Shown here piece by piece: positions 24,002 to 37,100 of a DNA stretch of 64,000 bases. How positions within the stretch are numbered: the first letter of the stretch is position 1; the number at the start of each line of letters is the position of its first letter. Location of the stretch: NCBI GenBank assembly GCA_036785375.1, contig JAWMAR010000710.1:186001-250000 (forward strand). The letters are read 5' to 3'. The DNA comes from Leucoraja ocellata (taxonomy: Eukaryota). Under the pieces are notes generated by a model that did no database searches, was not told the DNA's origin, and worked only from the letters and a program-made list of their open reading frames with translations. The position numbers were made by a program, and so were the translations under genes.

Positions 24002-27000
24002 AGTCAAGTCATGTCAAGTCAAGTTTATTTGTCACATACACATACGAGATGTGCAGTGAAATGAAAGTGGCAATGCTCGCGGAACAACAAAACAACCAAA
24101 CAAATTATAAACACAATCATAACACACATATTATTTTACATAATAAATAATAGAAGGAAAAACGTTCTGTACAGTTAGTCCCTGGTGAGAAAGGTGTTTA
24201 CAGTCCGAATTGCCTCTGGGAAGAAACTCCTTCTCAACCTCTCCGTTCTCACTGCATGGCAACGGAGGCGTTTGCCTGACCGTAGCGGCTGGAACAGTCT
24301 GTTGCAGGGGTGGAAGAGGTCTCTCATGATTTTGTTTGCTCTGGAGTTGCACCTCCTGTTGTATAGGTCCTGCAGGGGGGTGAGTGAAGTTCCCATAGTG
24401 CGTTCGGCCAAACGCACTACTCTCTGCAGAGCCTTCTTGTCCTTGGCAGAGCAATTCCCGAACCAGATGGTAATGTTCCCGGACAAGATGCTTTCCACCG
24501 CCGCAGCGTAGAAGCACTGGAGGATCCTCGGAGACACTCTGAATTTCCTCAATTGCCTGAGGTGGTAAAGGCGCTGCCTTGCCTTACTCACCAGTGCTGA
24601 GGCGTGTGATGACCATGTCATATCCTCAGAGATGTGGACTCCCAGATATTTAAAACAGTTCACCCTATCCACAGGATCCCCATTTATACTCAATGGAGTG
24701 TACGTCCTCGGATGATGTGCCCTCCTAAAGTCCATGATCAGCTCCTTCGTTTTTTTGATGTTCAAGAGGAGGCTGTTCTCCTGGCACCAGAGTGCTAGAT
24801 CAGCCACCTCCTCCCGGTAGGCCCTCTCATCATTGTCTGAGATCAGGCCCACCACCACAGTGTCATCAGCAAACTTAATTATTGAATTGGAGCTGAACCT
24901 AGCCACACAGTCATGTGTGTACAGGGAGTACAATAGGGGGCTGAGGACGCAACCCTGGGGCGATCCTGTGCTCAGGGTGAGGGACTTCGATGTATTCCCT
25001 CCCATCTTGACTACCTGGGGCCTGGCGGTGAGAAAGTCCAGGACCCAGGCACACAGGGAGGAGTTGAGCCCCAATTCCAGTAGCTTCCCGGCCAGTCTGG
25101 TGGGGACTATCGTGTTGAAGGCTGAACTGTAGTCTATGAACAGCATCCTCACGTAGCCCCCCTTCTGGCTGTCCAGATGGGAGAGAGCGGTGTGCAAGAC
25201 CTGGGAGACCGCATCGTCCGTGGACCTGTTCGGACGGTATGCAAACTGCAACGGGTCCATGTTCCGAGGGAGGAAGGCGCAGATGTGATTCTTCACCAGC
25301 CTCTCAAAGCATTTCATGACTACCGAGGTAAGGGCCACCGGACGGTAGTCATTCAGGCAGGCTGGGGAGGCATTTTTTGGTACCGGTACGATGATGGATT
25401 TTTTGAAGCAGGCAGGGACCACGGACTTGTCCAGGGAGAGGTTGAATAATGTAGTGAGCACTGGAGCTAGCTGCGTAGCACAGGACTTGAGTACTCGCCC
25501 CGGGATGCCATCGGGGCCTGCAGCTTTTCTTGTGTTCACCCGTGTCAGTGCCCTCCTCACATCGTGCTCGGACAGCGAGAATGTGTGCATATTCCTCCCT
25601 TCAGCTTCGGTAGCCAGCCCGCTGTCGGTATTGTCGATAGTCGGCAGACCTGGAGTGGTGTTGCCCCTCTCGAAACGAGCGTAGAAGGAGTTCAGGTCGT
25701 CAGCTAGGGAGGTGCCGGCACATGCGGATGAGGGAGCGGTGCTTCGGTAGTTGGTTACAATCCGTAGCCCCTGCCACAGGCTTCTGGTGTCCTGCTGCTC
25801 CATCTGTAACTCCATCTTGTCCCTGTACCTTCTCTTTGCATCCTTCACCGCCCTTCGCATTCGGTAGGACTCTGCCTTGTAGACGTCCATGTTTCCTGAT
25901 GCCAAGCCCGAGTTGTAGGCAGCGGTACGAGCATTCAAGGCCACACGAACAGATCTGTCTACCCAGGGTTTTTGGTTCGGGAAGGTGCTTACCCTTACCG
26001 TGGGGATGATGTTGTCGGTTAATGTTGCGATGAAGTCCATGACTGCTTCCGCGAACTCACTGACGTCACTGGAACTTGCTTCGAACATATTCCAGTCGAC
26101 ATTACTCAGTGCATCTTGCAGCATGGCCTCTGACTGGTCGGACCACCGCTTTACGTCCCTCGTCTCTACCGCTTCCCGAACTATCCTCTGTTTATACTCC
26201 GGCAACAGGAAAATAGCAGCGTGGTCAGATTTTCCTAGGGGAGGGAGTGAAACGGCCTTGTAGCCTTTCCTGAACGGTGTGTAGCAGTGGTCCAAAGTTC
26301 TCTCCCCCCTGGTGGCACACGTGATGTGTTGGTAGAAGTTCGGCATGACCTTCTTGAGATTTGATTTATTAAAATCTCCAGCCACCACCATAGCCGCTTC
26401 CGGGTACTTGTTTTGATGTCGACATAGCACATCGTGTAGGGCCGAAAGTGCCACGTCGGTGTCCGCCTGCGGTGGAATGTAGACGGCTGTGACGATCACT
26501 GAGCCGAACTCCCGGGGAAGGTAGAATGGGCGGCATGAGATCGTCAGGTGCTCCAGATCCGGCGAGCAGGAACGGGAAAGCATCTTGATATTTCCAGGGT
26601 TGCACCAGTTGTTATTGGTCATGAAGCAGGCTCCTCCACCCTTGGATTTCCCAGATGCTTCTGTTCTGTCAGCACGGTGGACAGTGAAGGACTCGGTTGG
26701 GCAGATTACCTGATCCGGAATCAGTGAGGTCAGCCATGTTTCAGTCAGGCAGAGGATGTTGCAGTTCCTTATGTCCCGCTGGAATCTGATCCTCGCCCTG
26801 AGGTCATCCAGCTTGTTTTCCAGGGACTGGACATTCGCCAGAAGAATGCTGGGCAGAGGGGGACGAAAGGCTTGGGCTCTCAGCCTATTCCGAATCCCCC
26901 CCCGCTTCCCTCGATGTTTTCTCCGGGTTTTCCTTGCAGCCGAGCTCCCTTTGTTGTTGCAGCAGCTTCTGCTGATCTCTGCTGGCCATGCTGGATCAGT

Positions 27001-27180
27001 AAGTAAAGAGTTTAAAAAGTCTCCGTTTGCCCTGGAGTTTAGATTTAAGAGGGTTTCCCTGTCATACTTTGTTAGTACTAGGGAGTTAGAACTTAGAAAT
27101 AAGTTAAAAAGGAACATAAAAGTTAAAAACACACACAATTTTCGCGGAGCTGCCACAACGGCGACTGGACTGGACAGGGC
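24002..27180 (-). mobile_element. Full-length Rex1/Babar-type LINE with 6-bp TSD CGGCCA
   Basis: TSD at 23996-24001 and 27181-27186; (TTGAC)n tail at 24002-24024; single long ORF. Confidence 0.93.
24175..27156 (-). CDS. Intact APE endonuclease-reverse transcriptase (993 aa) of the Rex-type LINE
   Basis: LANVQS, LTETW, GDFN, SDH (APE); DYRPVAL, DYSSAFN, PQGCVLSP, FADD (RT); no stops. The ORF opens at GTG; the first ATG is codon 14. Confidence 0.93.
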   Translation of the reverse strand: MAAPRKLCVFLTFMFLFNLFLSSNSLVLTKYDRETLLNLNSRANGDFLNSLLTDPAWPAEISRSCCNNKGSSAARKTRRKHRGKRGGIRNRLRAQAFRPPLPSILLANVQSLENKLDDLRARIRFQRDIRNCNILCLTETWLTSLIPDQVICPTESFTVHRADRTEASGKSKGGGACFMTNNNWCNPGNIKMLSRSCSPDLEHLTISCRPFYLPREFGSVIVTAVYIPPQADTDVALSALHDVLCRHQNKYPEAAMVVAGDFNKSNLKKVMPNFYQHITCATRGERTLDHCYTPFRKGYKAVSLPPLGKSDHAAIFLLPEYKQRIVREAVETRDVKRWSDQSEAMLQDALSNVDWNMFEASSSDVSEFAEAVMDFIATLTDNIIPTVRVSTFPNQKPWVDRSVRVALNARTAAYNSGLASGNMDVYKAESYRMRRAVKDAKRRYRDKMELQMEQQDTRSLWQGLRIVTNYRSTAPSSACAGTSLADDLNSFYARFERGNTTPGLPTIDNTDSGLATEAEGRNMHTFSLSEHDVRRALTRVNTRKAAGPDGIPGRVLKSCATQLAPVLTTLFNLSLDKSVVPACFKKSIIVPVPKNASPACLNDYRPVALTSVVMKCFERLVKNHICAFLPRNMDPLQFAYRPNRSTDDAVSQVLHTALSHLDSQKGGYVRMLFIDYSSAFNTIVPTRLAGKLLELGLNSSLCAWVLDFLTARPQVVKMGGNTSKSLTLSTGSPQGCVLSPLLYSLYTHDCVARFSSNSIIKFADDTVVVGLISDNDERAYREEVADLALWCQENSLLLNIKKTKELIMDFRRAHHPRTYTPLSINGDPVDRVNCFKYLGVHISEDMTWSSHASALVSKARQRLYHLRQLRKFRVSPRILQCFYAAAVESILSGNITIWFGNCSAKDKKALQRVVRLAERTMGTSLTPLQDLYNRRCNSRANKIMRDLFHPCNRLFQPLRSGKRLRCHAVRTERLRRSFFPEAIRTVNTFLTRD

Positions 27181-27704
27181 CGGCCATTGTAGAGCCTGTT
27201 CTCACCTTCTCCATCATGGTCTGGTTTGGCTCAGTCACCAAGCACGGCACCTGGAGGCTGCAGCGAATCATCCGATCAGCAGAGAAGGTTATTGGCTGCA
27301 ATCTTCCCTCCATTGATGAACTGTACACTGCAAGGGCCAGGAAGCGAGCGGGCAAGATCATCTCTGACCCCTCACAAACTCTTTGAATCACTTCCCTCTG
27401 GATGGCAACTCCGGATTGTCACAGCTGCCACAGCCAGACAGAAAAACAGTATTTATCCACGAGTAGTTGCTCTACTCAACAACCAAAAATCTGTAGCCTC
27501 CCTTTGATCTGGTATTTTGTTGGTTCACATGCTTAATCAATGGTGTTTTTACATTAATGTTTTATTATTATTAATGTTTAGTGTTTTCTGAGTCATTCGT
27601 AACTGTCACTATGTCATGTTGTTACTTGTGGGTGGAGCACCAAGGCAAATTCCTTGTATGTGAATACTTGAGCAATAAACTTACTTACTTACTGACTTAC
27701 TTAT

Positions 27705-28972
27705 ACCATGGTCTTCTCGTCGGCACACAGTAAGGTGATCGTGGCAAGGTGGAATGAAACCAATGTCTCCGTGCAGTGGCTCCGGATGACTCCGGGGTTT
27801 GTGAATATTTGAAACAGAGCATGTGTAAATACAACAACGCCTGAATGTTGCTGGTTCCAACAGCTGCCCCACGGTGAACAGCCGGCATTTCACTGCGTCA
27901 ATGTGACCAACCACGCGTGTCAGGAGTCTGAGAGCACTGGGGGAGAAGTTGTTCTAACTTTCAGCCAGGCTGTCAGCTTTAAGCCCGGTTATTAGATGAA
28001 CTATGAGATCCGCACTCTTCTGAAGTCTAGATCCCAGGCATTCAGGTCTGGAGATGCAGAGGTCTACAAGAAGTCCAGATACAACCTTGGTATGGCCATC
28101 AAAAAGGCCAAAAGGGACTTCTGCTCCAAGCTGGAGGATGAGACAGATGACAGGGTGTGACAGGTCAACTGTGACAGGGCTTGAATGCAATCACCTCTTA
28201 CAAGGCAAAATCAGGAAGCAACTCAAATGTCAGTGAATCATCATTCCCTGACGAGCTCAATGCATTTTACGCATGCTTTGATAGGGAGAACACTGATGCG
28301 CCTTCCCGAGCCCCCATTTGCCGTGCTGGTATTTTGGTCACAGTCACAGAGGCCAACGTCAGAATATCCTTCAGAGGGGTGAACCCTCGGAAAGCGCCTG
28401 GACCTGATGGTATACCCGGGCATGTTTTAAAAACCTGTGCGGACCAACTGGCTGCAGATTTTACGGACATTTTCAACAGTAGAGAGCATGCTGACCGGTT
28501 GCATCGTTGCTTGGTTCGGCAACTTGAACTTCCAGGAGCAGGAAAAGGCTGCAAAAAGTTGTGAACACTGCCCAGTCCATCATCGTGTCTGACCTCCCTA
28601 CCATCGAGGGGATCTATCGTAGTCGCTGACTCAAAAAGGCATCATCATCAAGGACCCACACCATCCTGGCCACATACTCATCTCTCCGCTGCAACATCCA
28701 GGTTCTGCAACATCCAGGTTCAGGAACAACTACTTGCCCACAGCCATCAGACTATTAAACACAACTTCAAACAAACTCTGAACTATAACAGCCTATTGCA
28801 CTTTATCTGTTTATTTATGTGGGTGTATGTGTATATATATTCTATAGTATATGGACACACTGACGTGTTCTGTATTTATGCCTACAATACTCTGTTGTGC
28901 TGCAGCAAGCAAGAATTTAATTCTCCTATCTGGGACATATGACAATAAACTCTCTTGACTTGACTTGACTTG
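27705..28972. mobile_element. Degenerate Rex-type LINE fragments (APE piece on -, internally deleted RT piece on + with (TTGAC)n tail)
   Basis: VYIP/GDF-like remnant on minus; KAPGPDGIPG..ADQLA..DIFN on plus, jumping directly to C-terminal sequence. Confidence 0.75.
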
Positions 28973-29009
28973 TACACACCTCTACTCACTCTGAATCTCA
29001 TTGTGGACC

Positions 29010-29347
29010 AGCTTTTCCCTTTGAGAATAGGGAAGATTCAAACAAGAGGACATGACTTCAGAATTAAGGGACAGAAGTTTAGGGGTAACATGAGGGGGAA
29101 CTTCTTTACTCAGAGAGTGGTAGCGGTGTAGAAAGAGCTTCCAGTGGAAGTGGTGGAGGCAGGTTCATTGGTATCATTTAAAAATAAATTGGATAGGCAT
29201 ATGGATGAGAAGGTAATGGAAGGTTATGGTATGAGTGCAGGCAGGTGGGACTAAGGGAAACAAGTTGTTCGGCACGGACTTGTAGGTCCGAGATGGCCTG
29301 TTTACGTGCTGTAATTGTTATTTGGTTATATAGTTATATGGTTATAT
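29010..29347 (+). mobile_element. CR1 3' fragment
   Basis: TRGH..FFTQRVV motif; (TTATATGG)-type tail ending just before the gene B D2 acceptor. Confidence 0.85.
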
Positions 29348-29360
29348 CTGTTTTTCACAG

Positions 29361-29625
29361 TTGATGCAAGTCCACAGCGCTCTCTGCTGGGGAATAACGT
29401 CACACTCAGCTGCACCATCTCCAGGCTCTCAGATACAGTCAGTCTTCATTGGAGACCAATGAACTCATCCCAGCAGAACACGAGCAACACTGATCAGATC
29501 CACCTGAATAACATGGTCTATCTGATGGTTCGACATGTTACAGTGGAGGATGGGAGGTATGTGTGTGAAGTGCAGGAATACGGAAACATTGTTCACACGT
29601 AACGCAGGTTTTACTGTAGAATGGA
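29361..29625 (+). pseudogene. Gene B D2 exon (C2-like Ig), frameshifted near its 3' end
   Basis: Acceptor TTTTTCACAG|; VDASPQR..VTLSCTISRL..W..YVCEV. A 2-nt deletion relative to the 42800 copy creates TAA at 29600-29602. Confidence 0.88.
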
Positions 29626-29814
29626 GTAAATGTGCACACCTCTCATTAGATATTAAGTAGACATTTGTATCATCGGTGCTTCTTGCAATGTCTAATGTGC
29701 AGCCTGTGAAGAACTGTGGACAGTGACCAACTGCTCTCATGCATAAAATGCTGAATGGTCAGAGAGAAGTTTCCAGAAAGTCTCTCTGTGGAGCAGCTGC
29801 CTGCTTGTCTTTGT

Positions 29815-30597
29815 GATCATGGCTGATCGGCCCCAATCAATAACCCGCGCCTGCCTTCTCCCCATATCCCTTGATTCCACTAGACCCTAGAGCTCTATCT
29901 AACTCTCTTAAATCCATCTGGTGATTTGGTCTCCACTGCCCTCTGTGGCAGGGAATTCCATAAATTCACAACTCTCTGGGTGAAAACGTTTTTTCTCACC
30001 TCAGTCTTAAATGGCCTCCCCTTTATTCTAAGACTGTGGCCCCTGGTTCTGGACTCGCACAACATTGGGAACATTTTTCCTGCATCTAGCTTGTCCAGTC
30101 ATTTTATATTTTTATATGTTTCAATAAGATTCCCCCTCATTCTTCTAAACTCTAGTGAACACAAACTAGTCTTTTCAATCAATCCTCATATGATAGTCCC
30201 GCCATCCCAGGGATCAATCTTGTGAACCTAGGCTGCACTGCTTTAATCACAAAGATGTCCTTCCTCAAATTAGGAGACCAGATGTGGTCTTACTGGAGCC
30301 CTATACAACTGCAGAAGAGCCTCTCTACTATACTGAAATCCTCTTGTTATGAAGGCCAACATTCCATTAGCTTTCTTCACTGCCTGCACGCCAACTTTCA
30401 GTGACCAGTGTACAAGGACACTGAGGTCTCGCTGTACCTCCCCCTTACCTAACCAAACCCCATTGAGATAATAATCTGCTCCCTTGTTTTTGCCACCAAA
30501 GTGGATAATCTCACATTGTCCAGGCCACCCTGCAACCTCCTAACATCCTCTTCACAGTTCACACTGCCACCCAGCTTTGTGTCATCCGCAAACTTGA
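29815..30597 (-). mobile_element. CR1 3' fragment, degenerate
   Basis: Homologous to the ORF2 C-terminus and 3' UTR of 16200-18781. Confidence 0.88.
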
Positions 30598-31169
30598 GCT
30601 GGGATAGTCCGGAACTCTGTCCAGGGTGCTGATGTTATTTGACAGGCCCCTGGCCTGTTTGCTGGTAACAAGGATCAGAGCGGCACTTGGGGATAATCTA
30701 TCATCACACCCTTTTAAATACTAATAATCAATTTGACTTCTCCTTAATCTTCTCTACCGAAGCTTTCTCAAGATGTCTTGTTGCCCTCCTGACTTCCTTC
30801 TTGTAAACCTATATTCTTCTACCAATTCACTCGATCCCATTTGCTTGCACATGACCTGACCTTGCCTCTTTATTTCTGACCAGAGGCCCAATATGTCTTG
30901 TCATCCAGGGTTTCATACGCATTCCTGCCTTGCTCTTCACTCTAACAGCAACCTGCAGAACTTGAACTATCACTAACTCACTTTTATAAACCTCCCACTT
31001 GCCAGGAGTCACTTTGCCTGCAGACAACCTTCTCCAATCAACTTTTGCAAAACCATCAACATTTGTAATCAAATCGAAGAATTTTCACTTCTTGCAAAGT
31101 GTATTGCCACTGAGAACTCAATCATATGTTCTGCCCTTTTTCCCCAAAGTTGATCAATATTGCCCTCTC

Positions 31170-34100
31170 TCTCGTGAGGCCCCCATTTGTGGCAGTGAAT
31201 TCCACAGATTCACAACTCTCTGGGTGAAGATGTTTTTCCTTATCTCAGCCCTAAATGGCTTGCCCCTTATTCTTAAACTTTGACCCCTGGTTCTGGACTT
31301 CCACACAATGGGAACATTTTTTTCTGCATTTAGCCTGTCCAATGCTTTAAGACATTAAATTATTTCTTTTTTTTTTAATTTTATTTTTATTAGCAGTACA
31401 GTAAATCACATTAATACATCGCATATATCTAATTACATTATGTTCTACCACTTCATTTTTTGACCTTTAAAAAAGATAGAAATGAAATAAGTAAGGAAAG
31501 TAAGCAAGAATTGTGAAGGTGCAGGAAAGTGTTGGGAGAAGAGAACCCCTTAGGGAAGGAATTAGTGAAGGAAGCAAAGAAAATAAATAAGACCCTAGAA
31601 AGAAAAGAAAAAAAAGGAAGAAAGGAAAATCAATCGCTCTATTGTAACACAAAACTCCGCAAAAAAGGATATACCAACCGTGTTTTTATTAAAAAATTAT
31701 TTTTATTTTATACCCCCCCCATTACCAGGTCCTGGTAGCCTTTATATTTTAACTTATTATTGCACCTTATGCTTGTAATATTTCCATAAATGCAGACCAC
31801 GTCTTTTGGAAGTGATCTGCTTTACCTGCTAGGAGAAGTCTCATCTCTTCCAAGTGTAGTGTTTCGAACATGTTTGAAATCCACATTTTTGTTGTTGGTA
31901 TTGGAGCATTTTTCCAAAATTTAATATAAGCTTTTTTCCGATTATTAGCCCATAATTAAGTAAGTTCTTGTGAAACATATTTAATTCTGGGTTACCTTCC
32001 GAAATTCTAAAAATGATCCATTCTACTCTGGGTAGTAGTTTTGTTTTAAATAATTTTGTGAAGATTTCAAATATTTTGTTCCAGAATTTTTGGATTTTTA
32101 TACAGAAAACAAAAGAGTGCGCTATGTTAGCTTCTTGTAACTGACATTTATCACAAATGGGTGAGACATTGGGGAAAAGTTTGTTTATTTTAGTTTTTGA
32201 ATAATATAGTCTGTGTAATGTTTTATATTGGATTAGAGTATGTCGTACGTTGATCGAGCATTTATGCACATATAATAAGTGTTTATCCCAGCACTCTTTT
32301 GAAATTTTTATAGCTAATTCTTGTTCCCAATCTCTTCTAATATTATCTGTTGTAGGTATTTCTATATTCAATATAATATTATATAAGTATGATATTAATT
32401 TGCTGATTCAGCCTTTATCTTCATGGCTTCATCTAATACGTCTGGGGGCATATTATAATAGTCTTTTGTATATTTTTTCAGATAATCACGGATTTGAAGA
32501 TATTTAAAATATTGATTATTTTTCAAGTTATATTTCAGTTGTAATTGTTGAAATAATTTCCCTAATTCATACAGGTCTCCGAGCGTTTTGATTCCCGTTC
32601 TTTCCCATTGTGTAAATGATTTATCTATAATTGAGGGTTTAAACGAAGGGTTATTGGCTATTGGCTTTAGCAGAGATTGATTTCTTAATTTTAAGTTCTG
32701 TTTTATTTGTTTCCAAGTTCTAATTGTACTATGTATCATTGGATTTTTATTATAATGTTTGTTATTCAAATTCGTTGGTGAGAGGAGAGTCGCTCCTGTA
32801 TTACCTGGAGCGCAGTCCTCTCTCTCCATTATAATCCAGTCCACCTGCTGGGCAGAGTTGTCCAGCAGGTGAATCATATTTTTAATATTTACCGCCCAAT
32901 TATAGTACATAAATTTAGGGAGCGCTAGACCACACATCTCTTTTGGTTTACTGAGGTGTGCTCTTTGTATTCTGTGGGATTTATAATCCCATATAAAGTT
33001 TGTGATGTCTGAGTCTAAATTTTTGAAAAAAAAATTTGGAAGATATATTGGAATTGATTGAAATAAATATAGGATTTGTGGTAAAAAGATCATTTTTATA
33101 GCATTTATTCGACCTATTAAAGACATCGGCAGCGTTTTCCAGAATTTAATTAGATTGTTTAATTTCTTAAGTAAGGGGCTATAATTAGCATTAAACATAC
33201 CGTGATAATTTCTAGTGATTTCAATTCCTAAGTATTTAAATTTTTCTGTAGCTATTTTAAAGGGGAATTTCAAAAGATGTGTTGAGTCTTTCAGTTTTAT
33301 TGACATAATTTCACTTTTGTTCCAGTTTATTCTGTATCCTGAGAAAGATCCGAAATCCTCGATTAGGTTTAATATGTTTGGTATACTGATTTGGGGTTTT
33401 GTGATATATAATAATACATCGTCTGCGTATAAGGATATTTTGTTATTTGAATGTTTTGTATTATACCCATAGATGTCAGGATGTGTTCTAATTTTTTCAG
33501 CTAAGGGTTCAATTACCAGAGCGAATAATAGTGGTGATAATGAACACCCTTGTCTATTGCCCCTTGTTAATTGGAATTTCGTAGATAGTATATTATTAGT
33601 TAATATTCTAGCCGTGGGTTTGTTATATAATAATTTTATCCATGCGATGAAGCTCTCTCCCATTTGAAATTTTTGCAATACTTTAAACATATAATCCCAT
33701 TCTACTTGATCAAACGCTTTTTCTGCGTCCAATGAAATGATAGATAACTCTTGTTCTTGAGATTTGTGAGAGTGCATTATGTTAAGCAGACATCTCAGGT
33801 TATTAAATGAGTGTCTCTTAGGTATAAATCCCGTCTGATCCTTATTTATTAATTTACTGACATATTGACTTAATCTTCTAGCTAGTATTTTCGCTAATAT
33901 TTTTTGATCAGTATTTAACAATGCAATAGCTCTTTATGATCCTGGTTCTTCTATATCTTTATCTTTTTTAAGTATTAGTGTGATCGTTGATTCTGCTAGT
34001 GTTTCAGGTAAGATTTGTTCTTTAAAAGCAAATGTATACATTTTCTGTAGACGTGGGGTCACTGTATCGTAAAAACATTTATAAAATTCATTACTGAATC

Positions 34101-37100
34101 CGTCTGGTCCTGGTGTTTTTCCGTTCTTAAGTGTGTTTATTGTGTCTTCTATTTCCTTAGCTGTAATTTGTGCTCCCAGTTCCTCTTGTTCTTTCAATTC
34201 TAATTTTGGGAGGTTACAATCGGTCAAAAATTCTGAAGCTTTGTTATTGTCTATTAGCGTTTTCGATGTATATAAGTTCTTATAATGTTGAGCAAATCTT
34301 TTATTGATATCATTAGGTAGTGTTAATAATTCCCCTCTATCTGATTTAATCTTTAAAATTGCATGATCTTTTTCCCGTATTTTCAATTGGCGTGCAAAAG
34401 TTTATGGGGTTTATCCCCAAATTCAAAACATTCTTGTTTGGTAATTTGGAATAATCTTATAATCTTCTCTTATAATAATTTATTTAGCTTAAATTTCAGA
34501 ATTAAAATTTTATTATGTTTATCCATAGTTGGATCTTTAGCATTATCTATATCTAGTTGTCTGATTTGTTCTTCTAATTGTCTTTGTTCATTTTTATTCT
34601 TTTTGTTTTGAAAAGCTTGATACGAGATAATGACTCCTCTAATAAATGCTTTGAAGGATTCCCATAATAAAGTAGGCAAAATACCTGGTGTATCATTTAT
34701 CTCAAAAAATAGATCAATTTGTTTTTTTAGATATTTACTCCATTGTGGGTCTTTCAAAATTTGCGAGTTAAACCTCCAGAACGATGTGTTCGTAGAGATT
34801 CCTTCCAATTTTAAAACAAAAGATAGCGGGGAATGATCTGAAATCGTATTAGTGTGGTATTTAGGGTTAAGAGTATAAAGGATTAGTTTTGAATCCACTA
34901 GGAAATAGTCTATACGTGAGCATGTTTTATGCACCATTGAATAAAACGAGTATTCCCTTCCAGTCGGGTTCGCGATCCTCCAAACGACTGCTATATTTGT
35001 ATTTTTTATATATGTATTTAAGAGTTCACTAGTTTTAGATTTCATATTATCTCTTTGTTTTTGCGTCGATTTATCTAAATACGGATCTAAAGCACAGTTG
35101 AATTCTCCTCCAATTATAACATTTTGGTAGTTAGATTCTACGATTTTACTCAGAATTTTATTAAAAAATTGAGGATCATCAAAATTGGGCGCATATATGT
35201 TTACCAAGGTGATTGGCGTAGCATAAATCTCTCCTGTGACTATAAGGTATCTCCCTTCCTTATCTGATATAATATTCTTTGATTTGAATGGTATTCCTTT
35301 GCGAATAATAATTGCGGTGCCTCTGGATTTCGATGTGTATGAGGAGTGAAATGTTTGGCCTATCCATTTCGCCCTCAATCTCATCTGGTCTTGATGTTTA
35401 AGGTGCGTTTCTTGAAGAAACGAAATGTCCGTGTTATATGATTTCAACTGAGCTAGTATTTTGCCCCTTTTACTTGGTTCATTAATACCCCTTATATTCC
35501 AGCTGCCCAGTGTGATTCCTCCCATTTTCTTTTGTTTGTCATCTTGCATTTTCTCTGATTTTAGTACCTTTATTTATTACGGTGCATCCGTAGCTCAGGA
35601 CTCTGGATAGTTTGGGGGCATTGATATTATTAACTTCCTTGGTAGATCCCTTTTGCGATTTTCCTTGAAAAAAACCCAGATAATAGTGACATATTGTGAT
35701 AAAAAAAAATATTTGACAGATAAAATTCCAGTGTCTGAAGTGTTCGACACTCTAATGTGTGTCCCACACGTCTGTGGGGTCCGACATTTATTCGACTTCC
35801 GAAATTGATGTTGTACTGTTAGCTCCGCTCTTTTTATTATTCTGTCCCTAAGAAGGAGGTGCCGTTTCAAATTCAGCTAAATTTCACCCATTACCTTATC
35901 TATATCTGTATATTTATATATATTTCATTAGCCAGTATCCGATCTATGTTCAGCTACTGTAAAATTTATTTATCTAACGCTTTCATCAACTATTTATTTA
36001 TAGTTAGTTATATATTTGATAAATGTAAGCTGTTAGCTGTAAGGGTTAACCAGAAACAGGCTTCTGGAATAATACCAGGTGCCTGAGTCTTCTCCCTTCT
36101 TCACACGAACTACGTATCTCTTATCATTTCAATGTTATCTACTTTAATTCTAAAATTAGTCATCTCTATATATGAACTAGTCTGTCTTAGAAGCAGATTA
36201 TTACATTTTACCCATTATATAGTTCAGGTTAGTTTCCATTTATATTTCTATATTAGTATCTGTTAGTTATTAGTAATTCCCTATATTTTGTAAAAGTGTT
36301 TAAAAATCTTGATCTGCCATTCGACCTTGGGGTGTTTTCCACATTCGGCTCTGGTGTTCATCTTTGGTTAGCTCATCAGTCTTTCATTCATTCTGAACAA
36401 AGGATGTCCTTGAGTTAAATTCCAGAGCGTCCAAAGGAGATAAGATGTCTAGACAAACGCACGTGGAAATTAGGTTCCATTTTAAACTTTTAGAGAGTGT
36501 TGTTTCTTTCCTTGTCTTCGGGTGTTCTCTGTGAGATAATAAAAGGCAAGAAAATGTCCACATCCTCCCGCTGGTGTGGTTAATCTTCTGTTTCTGCCTT
36601 TGCGACAATCTCTTCGGCATATTTATATGATGCATCCGAGTTAGTGAAGGTTTTCTCTTTTCCCTTGTAAGTAATGCGCATTCTGGACTGATAAAAAACA
36701 CCACATCTAACATCTTTGACTCCATAGAGAATCTGTCTTATCTGTTCAAACTTTCTTCTCTTTTGAACGATCTCAAAGGGATAATCCCGCAGGAGTTTGA
36801 TAGTGTCTTGTCCAAAGGTCATCTTCACTCCATATTTGATTTTTTTCATCAGGTCCTCAAGGGCTGAAATATCCCGAAGTTTAACTATGATCTGTCGTGG
36901 GTGGGCTGGATCTGCTTATGCTCTTGGCTTAAATCTCGGTACTCGATGTGCCACTTCAATTTCCGGTTCCACAGGAAGATTTAGTACTTGTTTGATTAGA
37001 TTGGCCGTGAACCCACGAGCGTTGTCCCCTTCTGCCCCTTCTGTTACTCCCAGTATTCGTAGATTTTGGCGTCGTGAGCGAGCTTCAAAATCAAGGCATT

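Larger units (their letters stand above)
23540..27703 (+). mobile_element. Degenerate Rex1/Babar-type LINE 3' fragment (23540-24001 + 27187-27703), split by a younger insertion
   Basis: PQGCVL-like and FADDT motifs, KKAQQRMYFLWQL continuing after 27187; (TTAC)n tail at ~27680-27703. Confidence 0.85.
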
